NCBI GenBank assembly: GCA_965219085.1 | Contig: OZ244720.1 | Coordinates: forward strand, 416,001 to 480,000 | DNA length: 64,000 nucleotides | Direction: 5' to 3' | Origin: Dehalococcoidia bacterium | Lineage (GTDB): Bacteria > Chloroflexota > Dehalococcoidia > UBA2979 | In this document: in pieces, positions 10,273 to 19,884 of the stretch | Numbering within the stretch: the first letter of the stretch is position 1 | How the letters are laid out: each line of letters starts with the position of its first letter | Translations under genes and position numbers: made by a program | Notes under the pieces: model-generated | What the model was told of the DNA's origin: nothing | What the model saw: the letters and a program-made list of their open reading frames with translations, nothing else | Database searches by the model: none

Positions 10273-10668
10273 ATGGTTCAGTCCGAACAGCAGACGAGCG
10301 TCGAAGCAGCCGCCATCGAGCGCATGCAGGAGTTCTCGCGGGCCATGGTCAAGGGTGACCCCGAGGCCCTTGAGGAGCTCCTCGCGCCGGACTTCACGTA
10401 CACGCACATGGGCGGTCGCGTGGAGCCTCGTGACGAACTGATCGAGTCGGTCCACAACGGTCGTCACAACGACCGCATGGACTTCGAGCACATGGGCGTG
10501 CGGACGTACCCGAGCACCACGATCGTGAACGGCCTCAACCACATGCGGATCGACTACGCGGACCGCCCCTCGCTGGCCTTCGACTCGCACTTCACAGGCG
10601 TGTGGGTCGACGTCGACGGCACCAGCAAGCTCGTCGTCTACCACTCCACGCGGGTGCCGGAGGAGTAG
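10273..10668 (+). CDS. NTF2-like (DUF4440) protein
   Basis: GDPEALEELLAPDFTYTH pattern, 131 aa; GGAGG RBS. Confidence 0.8.
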   Translation: MVQSEQQTSVEAAAIERMQEFSRAMVKGDPEALEELLAPDFTYTHMGGRVEPRDELIESVHNGRHNDRMDFEHMGVRTYPSTTIVNGLNHMRIDYADRPSLAFDSHFTGVWVDVDGTSKLVVYHSTRVPEE

Positions 10669-11298
10669 ACGCCGGGGCGTTCCGTCGTTGACGGGCGAGA
10701 GCCCGTCGGCCGCGCCCTCAAGGACACTCCGTTCCGATGGCTGGACCTTCGGAAGCTGTCTGAGGCTCTCTTTCCCGCCGATTCCATCCGGACAGTCTGC
10801 TACTTCACGGCTCGCCTCGAAGTCCGACCCGCCAACCCCGGTCAGGCCCAGCGGCAGCAAGCCTACCTCCGGGCCTTGAGCACACTCCCGGATGTCGAGG
10901 TGCACCACGGGACCTTCCGGTCCGGCGTGAAGCGCCGCCCGCTGGCCGAGCCGGTGCCGGGGCTGCCGAGCCGCGTCCTCGTACGAGACTCCGAGGAGAA
11001 GGGCTCGGACGTGAACCTCGCCACCCGACTGCTGGTGGACGGGTTCAACGGGGAGTACGAGCAGGCGGTCGTCGTGTCCAACGACGCGGACTTCGCGGGC
11101 GCCATGCGGTACGTGCGCGACGGCCTCGGGCTCCGCGTCACGCTCGTCAACCCCGACGCTCGGACGAGCAGCCCTCGCGACCTGGCTGCGGCGGCGACCT
11201 ATGTGAAGCGCCTGTGGCGGAGCCACCTCCGCCGCAGCCGGTTCCCCGACAACGTGCGCGACGAGGTGGGTGCGATCACCAAACCGTCTGGCTGGTGA
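10669..11298 (+). pseudogene. NYN/LabA (PIN-like) protein lacking a normal N-terminus
   Basis: RALKDTPFRWLDL, YFTAR, EEKGSDVNLA, VVSNDADF. No start codon precedes these, and the expected VDGFNLY reads VDGREPV. Confidence 0.7.
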
Positions 11299-11337
11299 GG
11301 TCAGCGGCAGAGTGCGCCGGCCCGGCCGGCTGCGTGT

Positions 11338-12669
11338 CTACGTCTCGACCGCGAACGGCGCCACGCCGGGCGCGTACCCGAAGCCGATCTGCTCGATCTC
11401 CTCGAGCGCGCGGTACTGCTCCTCGGTGTAGCCCATGACCTCGCGGTAGACGTACTCGTTGTGCTCGCCGAGCAGCGGCGGGCCCGTGCGGATGTGGTTC
11501 GGCGTATTCGCCATCCGCAGGTTCAGGCCAGGGTAGAGGTGCGTCCCGGTCGAGGTGTTCCCCGTCTCCTCGAAGAACCCGCGCTCGGCGAGTTGCGGGC
11601 AGGCGTACGCGGCAGCCTCGTTCTGCACCGGGCCGGCGATCACGCCGGCCGCCTGCAGCCCGAGGAAGAGCGCGCGCTGGTCGTGCTTGCGCGTGTGCTC
11701 GGCGAGCGCCTGGTCGAGCGCCTCCTGGTCGCGGTAGCGTCCGGCGGCGGTCTGCCAATCCTCGTTCGCGAAGAGGTCGTCGGCGCGGAGGAACTCGCAG
11801 ATGGACTCCCACGCCTCGTCCGAGTCGCAGTCGATGGCGATGTAGTCGTCCTCGCCGCGGCAGGGGTAGTAGTTGTGCGGGGCGTGCGTGCGGTGACGGT
11901 TGCCTTGCGGCTCGGTGTTGCGGCCGTTGGCGGTGTAGTCGAGCAGGAACTCGCCGAGGATGGGCAGGAACGCCTCGGCCAGTGGCTGCTCCAGCAGCTG
12001 GCCGCGCCCGGTCCGCCGCACGTGGCGCAGCGCCATGCTGACCGCGAACGCGCCCTGGATGCCGGCGATCGCATCGCTCGTCACCACGTCGCCGGCGGCC
12101 TCGATGATGTCGTCGGGGTAGGAACGGATGTGAGTGTGGCCGATCACGGCCTCCATGTGCAGCCCGAAGCCGCGGTAGTTCTTGTACTCGCCGTTGAGTC
12201 CGAAGCCCGGCATGCGCAGCATGATCAGCCGAGGGTTGCGCTTGCTCAGCACGTCGTAGGTGATGTTCGCCTTCTCAATCGTCTCCGGCACGTTGTTCTC
12301 GACGACGACGTCGCAGTGTTCGATGAGGTCGAGGAACGCCTCGCGGCCTTCGGGCGTGGTGATGTCGGCGGTCATGCTCAGCTTGTTGCGGCCGTGCGAG
12401 TTGAACGACGCCCCCTTGTTCCAGGGGTCGGGCGTGCCGACGAAGTCGGGGAAGCCGGCGAGCGTGACGCCGTGCGCGGCCATCGCCTTGAGCTCCTCCG
12501 GCGTCGGTGGCCGGCGCTCGGCCCCCCGCGTCGCGGGCTGAATGCGCGTGCGAGGCTCCACGCGGATCACCTCGGCGCCCCACTCCGCGAGCAACTGCGT
12601 GACGTGCGGCCCGGCCCACACCACGGTGATGTCGGCGACGCGCACGCCCTCCAGCGGTAGATTGCCCAC
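11338..12669 (-). CDS. Family III CoA-transferase (CaiB/BaiF), catalytic Asp present
   Basis: PLEGVRVAD, WAGP, GAEVIRVE, RNKLS, SDAIAG. Confidence 0.92.
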   Translation of the reverse strand: MGNLPLEGVRVADITVVWAGPHVTQLLAEWGAEVIRVEPRTRIQPATRGAERRPPTPEELKAMAAHGVTLAGFPDFVGTPDPWNKGASFNSHGRNKLSMTADITTPEGREAFLDLIEHCDVVVENNVPETIEKANITYDVLSKRNPRLIMLRMPGFGLNGEYKNYRGFGLHMEAVIGHTHIRSYPDDIIEAAGDVVTSDAIAGIQGAFAVSMALRHVRRTGRGQLLEQPLAEAFLPILGEFLLDYTANGRNTEPQGNRHRTHAPHNYYPCRGEDDYIAIDCDSDEAWESICEFLRADDLFANEDWQTAAGRYRDQEALDQALAEHTRKHDQRALFLGLQAAGVIAGPVQNEAAAYACPQLAERGFFEETGNTSTGTHLYPGLNLRMANTPNHIRTGPPLLGEHNEYVYREVMGYTEEQYRALEEIEQIGFGYAPGVAPFAVET

Positions 12670-12693
12670 GATTCGCGTCCTCCGTTTGCCTCG

Positions 12694-13908
12694 CTAGATT
12701 GCGCCGACGCCCCTGAGCAGGGCGAGGTCCGCCGCCGGCACGTCGAGCAACTCCGTCAGCACCTCAGCGGTGTGCTCGCCGAGCAGCGGCGCGCGGCGCG
12801 GGTGCTGGCGCGGCGTCTCGCCCATGACGAGCGGCCGGCCGGGGTACTCGAAACTGCCGGCGACCGGGTGCTCGATCTCTTCCCACACGCCGCGGCCCCG
12901 GAACACGGGGTCCGCGACGATGTCTTCCGGGGTGTTGATGACCCCGGACAGCAGGCCGTGGCTCTGCGCCTCGATCAGCGCCTCGCGCTTCGTGCGCGCC
13001 ATCGACCACCCGAGGTAGGCCGTCGAGACCTCCTCGACAAACGCGGGGTCGAGCGTGAGCGGGGGCTGCATCAGGCGCTCGTCACCGGAGAGGTGGCCGA
13101 GGCCGATCATCTCGACGAACTGGTGGATCTTCGGCCCGATCGCGGTGATGTTGACGTACCCATCGAGGCACGGCTGGGCGCCACCGCCGAGCACCATGCC
13201 CGCGACGCCGCCGCGGCGGCTGCTCGGCGTGCCCTGGTACGCGTAGGTCGTGAGCGACGCCGTGCGGCGGTCACGCGAGCCCATCTGCGTCTCGTAGACG
13301 GAGACGTCGATGTGGTCGCCCTCGCCGCCCGCTTCGACGCGCAGCGTTGTCATGGCGACGGACCAGGCGCCGACGAGCCCCGCCTGCATCAGCGCGAGGC
13401 TGCCGCCCAGCTTGAGCGGCTCGCGCTCAGCGGAGCCCGTGGAGCTGACCGGCCCGCCCATGCCCTGCAGCACGATGTCCGAGGCGCGGAAGCCGAGCTC
13501 GACGTACGGCCCGTTCCGTCCCCACGGCGTGATCGAGCAGTAGATGAGGCCGGGCCGGTTCGCCGAGAGCTGCTCGTACCCGATGCCGAGCTCCTCGGCG
13601 TCGCCGGGGTCGAAGTCCTCCACGACGACGTCGGCCTGCTCGATGAGGCCGAGCAGGAGCTCGAGGCCGTCCTCGGTCTCCGGGTCGATCGTGACGGAGC
13701 GCTTGTTGGTGTTGAGGTGCAGGAACAGCAGCCCGCGCTCGGGGTGGGGGATGTCGCCGGCGAAGGGCGGGACGTTGCGGGTGGGGTCGCCGCCGGGAGG
13801 CTCGACCTTGATGACGTCCGCGCCGAAGTCGGCGAGCAGCTTGGTGCAATGCGGCCCGGCCACGCCGGTGGTCAGGTCGACTACGCGAATACCGTCGAGC
13901 GCCTGCAC
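12694..13908 (-). CDS. Family III CoA-transferase, catalytic Asp apparently absent
   Basis: ALDGIRVVD, GADVIKVEPPGGD, LNTNKRS; GTG start after AGGAGG. Confidence 0.92.
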   Translation of the reverse strand: MQALDGIRVVDLTTGVAGPHCTKLLADFGADVIKVEPPGGDPTRNVPPFAGDIPHPERGLLFLHLNTNKRSVTIDPETEDGLELLLGLIEQADVVVEDFDPGDAEELGIGYEQLSANRPGLIYCSITPWGRNGPYVELGFRASDIVLQGMGGPVSSTGSAEREPLKLGGSLALMQAGLVGAWSVAMTTLRVEAGGEGDHIDVSVYETQMGSRDRRTASLTTYAYQGTPSSRRGGVAGMVLGGGAQPCLDGYVNITAIGPKIHQFVEMIGLGHLSGDERLMQPPLTLDPAFVEEVSTAYLGWSMARTKREALIEAQSHGLLSGVINTPEDIVADPVFRGRGVWEEIEHPVAGSFEYPGRPLVMGETPRQHPRRAPLLGEHTAEVLTELLDVPAADLALLRGVGAI

Positions 13909-14033
13909 CGCTCCTCCTGCTGTCCGCCGTGGCCCGGTTGGGGGCGGATCATAGCAGCCGCGCGCGTGTGCGCCCGCCCGAGGCGGGGCTATCGTTCGGC
14001 GCACACATCCCGGAGGTTCGAGGGGGGAAGGAG

Positions 14034-14159
14034 ATGTCTGTAGGCGACGGCTTCAAGTTCGGGTTCGGGTTCACCTTCGGGGCCGCATTGGCGTCGCTGG
14101 TGGCGTGGATTCCGCTGGTCATCGTGCTGGGGGTCGTGGGCGGCTTCTACGGCAGTTGA
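14034..14159 (+). CDS. Small membrane protein (41 aa)
   Basis: Purine-rich RBS (GAGGGGGGAAGGAG); MSVGDGFKFGFGFTFG followed by a hydrophobic helix. Confidence 0.65.
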   Translation: MSVGDGFKFGFGFTFGAALASLVAWIPLVIVLGVVGGFYGS

Positions 14160-14186
14160 GGCGCGAGCCGCGGCCCCTCGACGCGC

Positions 14187-14921
14187 TTACGCTCGCTCGC
14201 CGATCTCGAAGCGCATCAGGAACCACGTGCCGACCAGGAGCGAGACGGCGACGACGGCGACCGAGGCGATCGCGGCCTGCGATCCCTCGAGGCTCCCGCT
14301 GACCGGCCGCGCCGTGGTGAGCGCATCGGCGATACCGAACACGAACTGGCGCACGCTGATCCAGCGTGTGCCGTCGAAGAAGTTCGTGATGAACGCCTCC
14401 CAGACGAAGACGTACGCGAGGCCGATGATGAGCGCGCGGCTGGTGATCGTGCTGAGCGCGACGAATAGCCCGCTATAGACGACGCCACCTGCAACGGTGG
14501 CAACCGCGGCGGCCCACCACAATGACTCCGTGTCGAATCCGCCCAATACGATGAGGGCGGTGATCAGCGTGGCGGGCACGGTGAGCGCGATCGTCGCCGC
14601 CGAGGCCACGACGACCTTCGCCACGACGATGCGCCAGCGGGCAAGCGGGTGCGCGAGCAGGTAGACGACCGTTCCGTCCTCCACCTCGGAGCCGAGCGCC
14701 GAGGTGCCGAACACGAGCGCGCCGATCGGCAGCAGCAGCGTGAACACGAAGCCGCCGATCACGTTGTTGGCCGCCTCGTAGGGCTCGTTGTCCGCGGCGT
14801 CGCTCGCGAACCGCACGATCAGTGCGACTCCAACGGGGATGAGCGCGAGCAGCGCGATCAGGATCGCGCGCCGCCGGCCCAGCAGCTGGTGCGCGGTCAG
14901 CGACAGCAGCGTAAGCGTCAT
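14187..14921 (-). CDS. ABC-2 type transporter permease
   Basis: Multiple TM segments; EVEDGTVVYLLAHPLARWRIVVAK; overlaps upstream ATPase stop. Confidence 0.88.
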   Translation of the reverse strand: MTLTLLSLTAHQLLGRRRAILIALLALIPVGVALIVRFASDAADNEPYEAANNVIGGFVFTLLLPIGALVFGTSALGSEVEDGTVVYLLAHPLARWRIVVAKVVVASAATIALTVPATLITALIVLGGFDTESLWWAAAVATVAGGVVYSGLFVALSTITSRALIIGLAYVFVWEAFITNFFDGTRWISVRQFVFGIADALTTARPVSGSLEGSQAAIASVAVVAVSLLVGTWFLMRFEIGERA

Positions 14922-15841
14922 GACCCCACCAGGTACGAGAACACGCTCTCGAGCGACTCGTCGGCCGGGCGCAGCTGGTGCAGCGTGACGCCTGAGTCGC
15001 GCGCCGCACGCGCGATCGCCGCGGTGAACGCGCCGAAGTCCGTCGTCCGCACGTCGAGGCGGCTGTCGGCCAGCTCGATGGCCGAGACGTGCGGCAAGCC
15101 GACAAGCACCGCCGCCAGCGCGCGGTTGTCGCTGGAGCGCAGCTCGAACACGTGCGGGCGGTCGGTCATCAGGCGGCGGATCTCGCGGAAGTCTCCGGAT
15201 GCGGCGAGCCTGCCGTTGACGATCACGAGCACGTTCTCGGCGAGCCGCTCGACCTCCTCGAGGATGTGCGAGGAGAAGAGGATCGTGCACCCCTCGGCCG
15301 CCATGCGGCGCAGCATCTCCATGAGCTGGAGCCGCTGGCGTGGGTCGGTACCATTGAAGGGCTCGTCGAGGATCAGGATCTCCGGATCGTGGACGAGCGC
15401 GGCGGCGATCTTGGCGCGCTGGCGCATCCCCTTGGAGTAGCCACTCATCGGCCGGTCCTGCGCGTCCTCCAGCTCGACGCGCGCGATCGCGCGGCGGGTG
15501 GCGTCCTCCGGGTCCGGCAGCCCGTGCAGCCGCGCGCTGGCGAGCGCGAAGTCGTGCGCTCCGAGGAACGGGTAGACGGACTCGCGCTCCGGCACCAGCC
15601 CCACGCGGCGGAAGATGTCCGGGTTGCGCCACGCGGACGCGCCGAGCACCGAGATCGCCCCGGCGGAGGGACGCAGGAACCCCGCGATCATGTGCAGCAT
15701 CGTGCTCTTGCCCGCGCCGTTGGGGCCGAGCAGCCCTGTGATGCCGGGCTCGAGCCCGAACGAAATGTCGTTCACCGCCACGACGTCGCCGTACCAGCGC
15801 GAGACGTTGCGGACTTCGACCCTCGCTGCCTCCGACGCCAT
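14918..15841 (-). CDS. ABC transporter ATP-binding protein
   Basis: GPNGAGKS, YSKGMRQR, ILDEP, SSH. Confidence 0.93.
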   Translation of the reverse strand: MASEAARVEVRNVSRWYGDVVAVNDISFGLEPGITGLLGPNGAGKSTMLHMIAGFLRPSAGAISVLGASAWRNPDIFRRVGLVPERESVYPFLGAHDFALASARLHGLPDPEDATRRAIARVELEDAQDRPMSGYSKGMRQRAKIAAALVHDPEILILDEPFNGTDPRQRLQLMEMLRRMAAEGCTILFSSHILEEVERLAENVLVIVNGRLAASGDFREIRRLMTDRPHVFELRSSDNRALAAVLVGLPHVSAIELADSRLDVRTTDFGAFTAAIARAARDSGVTLHQLRPADESLESVFSYLVGS

Positions 15842-16785
15842 CAGATGGACCCCCGGTAACGCCGAACGACGATCGCCGAGGCAAGCGCCGTCCAGGCGAG
15901 CGTGGCCAGCGGCCAGATGTAGCCGGGGAAGTCGGCGTAGGCGATCTGGTCGCCCGTCTCGTCGCGGCTGGCGGCCCCGGCAACGTCGGACCATGCCGGG
16001 ATGGCGTCGAAGATGTAGAGCGTGGAGCCCTCCACGACGTGGAGGGGGCTGATGAAGAGCAGGTAGCGCAGTTGCTCGTTGTCGCTCAGCGAAGCGACGG
16101 TGCTCACGGCGGTGAGCGAGACCAGGAAGATGGCGATCACGCTGATCATGGCGAAGGCCCGGCGCTCGGCGTACGAGGCGATCAACACGCCGACGGAGCC
16201 GAAGGTCACGCACAGCAGTACACCGCTGGCAGCGACCCTCGGCAGGTCGCCGATGTTGTCGCGCATCCAGTCGAGGCCGTCGGCCGCGCCGAGCGCGTTG
16301 CCCGCGAACAGGAGCAGCTGCGGCACCACGGTGAGCGCGACCAGGCTACTGGAGAGCGCCGCGATCTTCGCGAGCGCGTAGTCGTCGCGCTCGATGGGGC
16401 GCGAGAAGTAGAGCGCGAGCGTGTTGGAGCGCCGGTCGTTGCCTACCAGATCGGAGGCAATCGCCGCCACGAACAGCACGAGGATGTACTGGATCAACGT
16501 GTAGTACTCGTGGGGCTGGAAGATCTCGAACTCATCGCTGGGCAGGACGGCGCCGAGGATGAGCGCGAGCACAGCCGGGAAGAACGCGAACGCCACCAGG
16601 ACGAACGCCATCACCTTCGGCAGCGCGCCGCGGCCGATGCCGAAGGCGTTGCGCACGCTGAGCACGTAGAGCGACCGCAGCGCGTAGACGCGTCCGAGGC
16701 GCGGGCCCTCGTAGCCCTGGTAGCCGAGGTCGTAGATCGTCCCGGAGGGTCCGGGCGAGGTCGGCGCCGGCTCAGCCTGCGCCAT
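15841..16785 (-). CDS. ABC-2 type transporter permease
   Basis: IYDLGYQGYEG, DRRSNTLALYFSRPI, TM segments. Confidence 0.88.
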   Translation of the reverse strand: MAQAEPAPTSPGPSGTIYDLGYQGYEGPRLGRVYALRSLYVLSVRNAFGIGRGALPKVMAFVLVAFAFFPAVLALILGAVLPSDEFEIFQPHEYYTLIQYILVLFVAAIASDLVGNDRRSNTLALYFSRPIERDDYALAKIAALSSSLVALTVVPQLLLFAGNALGAADGLDWMRDNIGDLPRVAASGVLLCVTFGSVGVLIASYAERRAFAMISVIAIFLVSLTAVSTVASLSDNEQLRYLLFISPLHVVEGSTLYIFDAIPAWSDVAGAASRDETGDQIAYADFPGYIWPLATLAWTALASAIVVRRYRGSI

Positions 16786-17710
16786 TCGAGGCCTCCGCGG
16801 CGGGCTCCGCGTCCGGGCGGAACAGCTCCTCCAGCGACCGGCGTCGCTGCTCCAGCCGCACGAGCGGCAGGTCCAGGGTGACGACAGCGTCGAGGATGGT
16901 GTCGTGCACGCCGTGGGAGCCACCGGCGGCCGCGACCTCGACCTCGCGGCCGAGCGCCCGTACCTCGAGGCCGCGCTCGGCGAGCAGCGCGGCGAGGCGG
17001 TCTGCGCCCCACTCCACCTCGACAGCGAGGACGGCGGTCTCGTCGGTCAACTCGGCGATGCGGCCAGTGCGCATCAGCTTGCCCTCGTCGACCACGATCA
17101 GGCCGTCGCAGACGCGCTCGATCTCCGTGAGCAGGTGCGAGGACATGACGATCGAGATCCCGAATTCGTGCCCGGTACGCTCGACGAGGTCGAGCATCTC
17201 GTCGCGTCCCTGCGGGTCGAGGCCGTTGGTCGGCTCGTCCAGGAACAGCAACTGCGGGTCGTGCGCGAGCGCCTGTGCGAGCTTCACGCGCTGCTTCATG
17301 CCCGTGGAGTAGCCGCCCATGTGGCGGTAGCGCTCCTCGAACAGCCCGACGTGGCGGAGCACCTCGGAGGCGCGCTCGCGCGCGGCGGAGGGCGGGATGC
17401 CGCTCATGCGCGCCATGTGGATGACGAAGTTCGTCGCCGACTGATCCGGCGGCAGGCAGTCGTGCTCCGGCATGTAGCCGACGATCTCGCGGACGCGGAG
17501 CCCCTCGCGCGCCGCGTCGATGCCGAGTACCTCGGCGGTGCCGGTGGTGGCGTCGACGAGACCGAGCAGGACCTTGATGAGCGTGCTCTTGCCGGCGCCG
17601 TTGGGGCCGACGAGACCGATGATGCCCGGCTCGATGTCGAGCGTGAGGCCGTCGAGGGCTGTAACGCGCCCGTAGCGCTTGGTGAGGCCGGTGGTTTCGA
17701 TGAGCGGCAC
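16772..17710 (-). CDS. ABC transporter ATP-binding protein
   Basis: GPNGAGKS, YSTGMKQR, FLDEPTNGLDP. Confidence 0.93.
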   Translation of the reverse strand: MPLIETTGLTKRYGRVTALDGLTLDIEPGIIGLVGPNGAGKSTLIKVLLGLVDATTGTAEVLGIDAAREGLRVREIVGYMPEHDCLPPDQSATNFVIHMARMSGIPPSAARERASEVLRHVGLFEERYRHMGGYSTGMKQRVKLAQALAHDPQLLFLDEPTNGLDPQGRDEMLDLVERTGHEFGISIVMSSHLLTEIERVCDGLIVVDEGKLMRTGRIAELTDETAVLAVEVEWGADRLAALLAERGLEVRALGREVEVAAAGGSHGVHDTILDAVVTLDLPLVRLEQRRRSLEELFRPDAEPAAEASNGAG

Positions 17711-17826
17711 GATTCTCCCTCTACCGATAAGCGTAGCCCAGCTCGCGGGCAGGTGCTCGCGGCGCCTCATCGGTGGGCGCCGCGAGCTCCGTGTGGGGTG
17801 CTTGTGCGTATTGTCACTAACGAGCG

Positions 17827-18230
17827 GACAACTACTTCGACAGCGCGATGCACTCGACCTCGCCAGGCAAGTGCTGGCGGCTGAGCGACCCGCAGGCCGA
17901 CGCGTGGGCGGAGCAGCAGCAGACTGAGCTGGACCCGGACGCCCGGAAGGAGATCCATCGGACCATGTGAGACTACTTCCTGCTGAAGGTGTGCTGGCCG
18001 CGGGTGCCAGCGTGCCGTACATCCAGACGTACCAGCCGTGGCTGCGCGGGATCCGCTTCGGCGGCATCTTCGGCGCCAACAGCTCCTACTACGACTGGGG
18101 CGACAAGGTCCCAGGCGCCTGGATCGACCCGGACATCGACGGCCGCGCCTGGTGCCGCCAGTACCAGGCAACGATCAGGCAACGGCTCCGTTGTAGCGGA
18201 GACCAACGAGGGGCGGCCGCAAGGCCGCCC
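17827..18230 (+). pseudogene. Degenerate 3' fragment (copy 1) of a family-5 ABC substrate-binding protein gene plus 3' UTR and hairpin
   Basis: Aligns with 18288-18695; internal TGA at 17968-17970 and a frameshift near 18010. Confidence 0.75.
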
Positions 18231-18260
18231 GTTCGCACGCTGTCTTACCTCCCGACGTCC

Positions 18261-18626
18261 GGCTGGCTGGCGGTCGGCTTCGACGGCGACAACTACTTCT
18301 ACAACTCGGTGCACTCGGAGTTGCCCGGCAACCGCTGGCGGCTCAGCGACCCGCAGGTCGACGCGTGGGCGGAGCAGCGGCACACGGAGCTGGACCCGGA
18401 CGTCCGGAAGGAGATCCACAAGACCATGTGGGACTACTTCCTGCAGAAGATGTTCTGGCCGCCGGTGCCGTCCGGCCTCGGGCTCCAGATCTACCAGCCG
18501 TGGCTGCACGGAATCCGCTTCGGCGGCATCTTCGGCGCCAACAGCTCCTACTACGACTGGGGCGACCAGGTTCCAGGCGCCTGGATCGACCCGGACATCG
18601 ACGGCCGCGCCTCGTACCGCCAGTAG
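18261..18626 (+). pseudogene. 5'-truncated fragment (copy 2) of a family-5 ABC substrate-binding protein gene
   Basis: DPQVDAWAEQRHTELDPDVRKEIHK...YQPWLHG...AWID; no own start or signal peptide. Confidence 0.72.
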
Positions 18627-18669
18627 CAGGCAACGATCAGGCAACGCCTCCGCCGTAGCGGAGACCAAC

Positions 18670-18695
18670 GAGGGGCGGCCGCAAGGCCGCCCCTC
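18670..18695 (+). terminator. GC-rich hairpin with GCAA tetraloop
   Basis: gaggggcggcc-gcaa-ggccgcccctc; truncated copy at 18208-18230. Confidence 0.65.
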
Positions 18696-18798
18696 CTGCT
18701 GTCCCCGGCGCGGCATCCCCATCGCACGCCGCGTTGTGCGCTATGCTCCCCCCGAGCGGCGCCCGCGCGGGCGCACCGCAGTGTGATGCGAGGACCCG

Positions 18799-19782
18799 AT
18801 GCAGATCAGCAATTCCGTGCGCGCCGCCATGGTGCCGGACGAGAACGTGATGCACCCCGACTTCACCTCGATCTACCTGGTCGGGGCGCCCGGCGCCCAG
18901 TCGCTCACCATCGACTCCGGCGAGGCGGTCGAGCGTTACCAGTGGTTCCTGCGCGGCTACCTCGCGGCCACGGAGCACGCCGAGATCGGCATCGCGACCA
19001 TCACCCACCACCACGCCGACCACTCGGGCAACCTCAAGTGGACCAAGGAGTTCCTCAACGCCGAGATCGCGATCCCCAGGGGCGGGCGACGGCTCCTCAA
19101 GGGTCGCATCCCGCGCAAGGTCGAACAGTACGGCGACGGCGACGTGCTCGACCTGGGTGGCGGCGTCCGCCTCCAGGTCATCGAGACGCCCGGGCACAGC
19201 TCCGACTCGCTGTGCTACTACCTGGAGGAAGAGGGCGTGCTGTTTACCGGCGACACCCTGCTCGGTTCCTCGACGACGACGGTCTGGGACCTCGGGCCGT
19301 ACCGGCGCAGCCTGGAGCGGCTGCTGCAGTTGCCGAACCTCCAGGTCATCTGCCCCGGCCACGGCAAGATCGTGAACGACCCGCGCGAGCGCCTGCAGAT
19401 GTACGTCGACCACCGCAACATGCGCGAGCAGCAGATCATCGAGGTGCTCCAGGACGGCGAGCAGATCAGCAGCTGGGACATCATGCTCCGCGTCTACGGC
19501 GACTCAATCGACACGCGGCTGCGCAGCGCCGCCGACGGCAACGTGCGCAGCCACCTCACCCAGCTGATTGACGAGGGCCGCATCAACGAGTACGAGGGCA
19601 GACCGAAGCGCAAGCGCAGCGAGCGCGCCATCCAACACCAGCACGAGCACGAGCGTGAGCGCGACCGCATCCTGCGCGAGGCGAAGAGGATCGAGGCGGC
19701 CCGCAGCCGCGAGGAGGTCCGCAGGCAGGAGAACCCGCCCAGCGAGCAGTGGTCGAAACCGCCGCTGTACGACCTCGCGTAG
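18799..19782 (+). CDS. MBL-fold metallo-hydrolase (LACTB2-like)
   Basis: THHHADHSG, TPGHSSD, LFTGD, CPGHG. Confidence 0.9.
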   Translation: MQISNSVRAAMVPDENVMHPDFTSIYLVGAPGAQSLTIDSGEAVERYQWFLRGYLAATEHAEIGIATITHHHADHSGNLKWTKEFLNAEIAIPRGGRRLLKGRIPRKVEQYGDGDVLDLGGGVRLQVIETPGHSSDSLCYYLEEEGVLFTGDTLLGSSTTTVWDLGPYRRSLERLLQLPNLQVICPGHGKIVNDPRERLQMYVDHRNMREQQIIEVLQDGEQISSWDIMLRVYGDSIDTRLRSAADGNVRSHLTQLIDEGRINEYEGRPKRKRSERAIQHQHEHERERDRILREAKRIEAARSREEVRRQENPPSEQWSKPPLYDLA

Positions 19783-19884
19783 CCGGCGGGGCCCGGCTGT
19801 GCGCACACGACCGCATCGCATCGTCCGCGCTTGCCTGCAACGGCGTCCCGTCGGTAGGCTGCGCTTCTGCCGGGGGGCAACATC

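Noticed and set aside
17721-17745. dif-like site (taccgataagcg)
   Set aside because: No XerD-type TTATGT arm at the required spacing.
17827-18695. Diversity-generating retroelement TR/VR pair
   Set aside because: Mismatches involve all four bases and indels, and there is no reverse transcriptase in the window.
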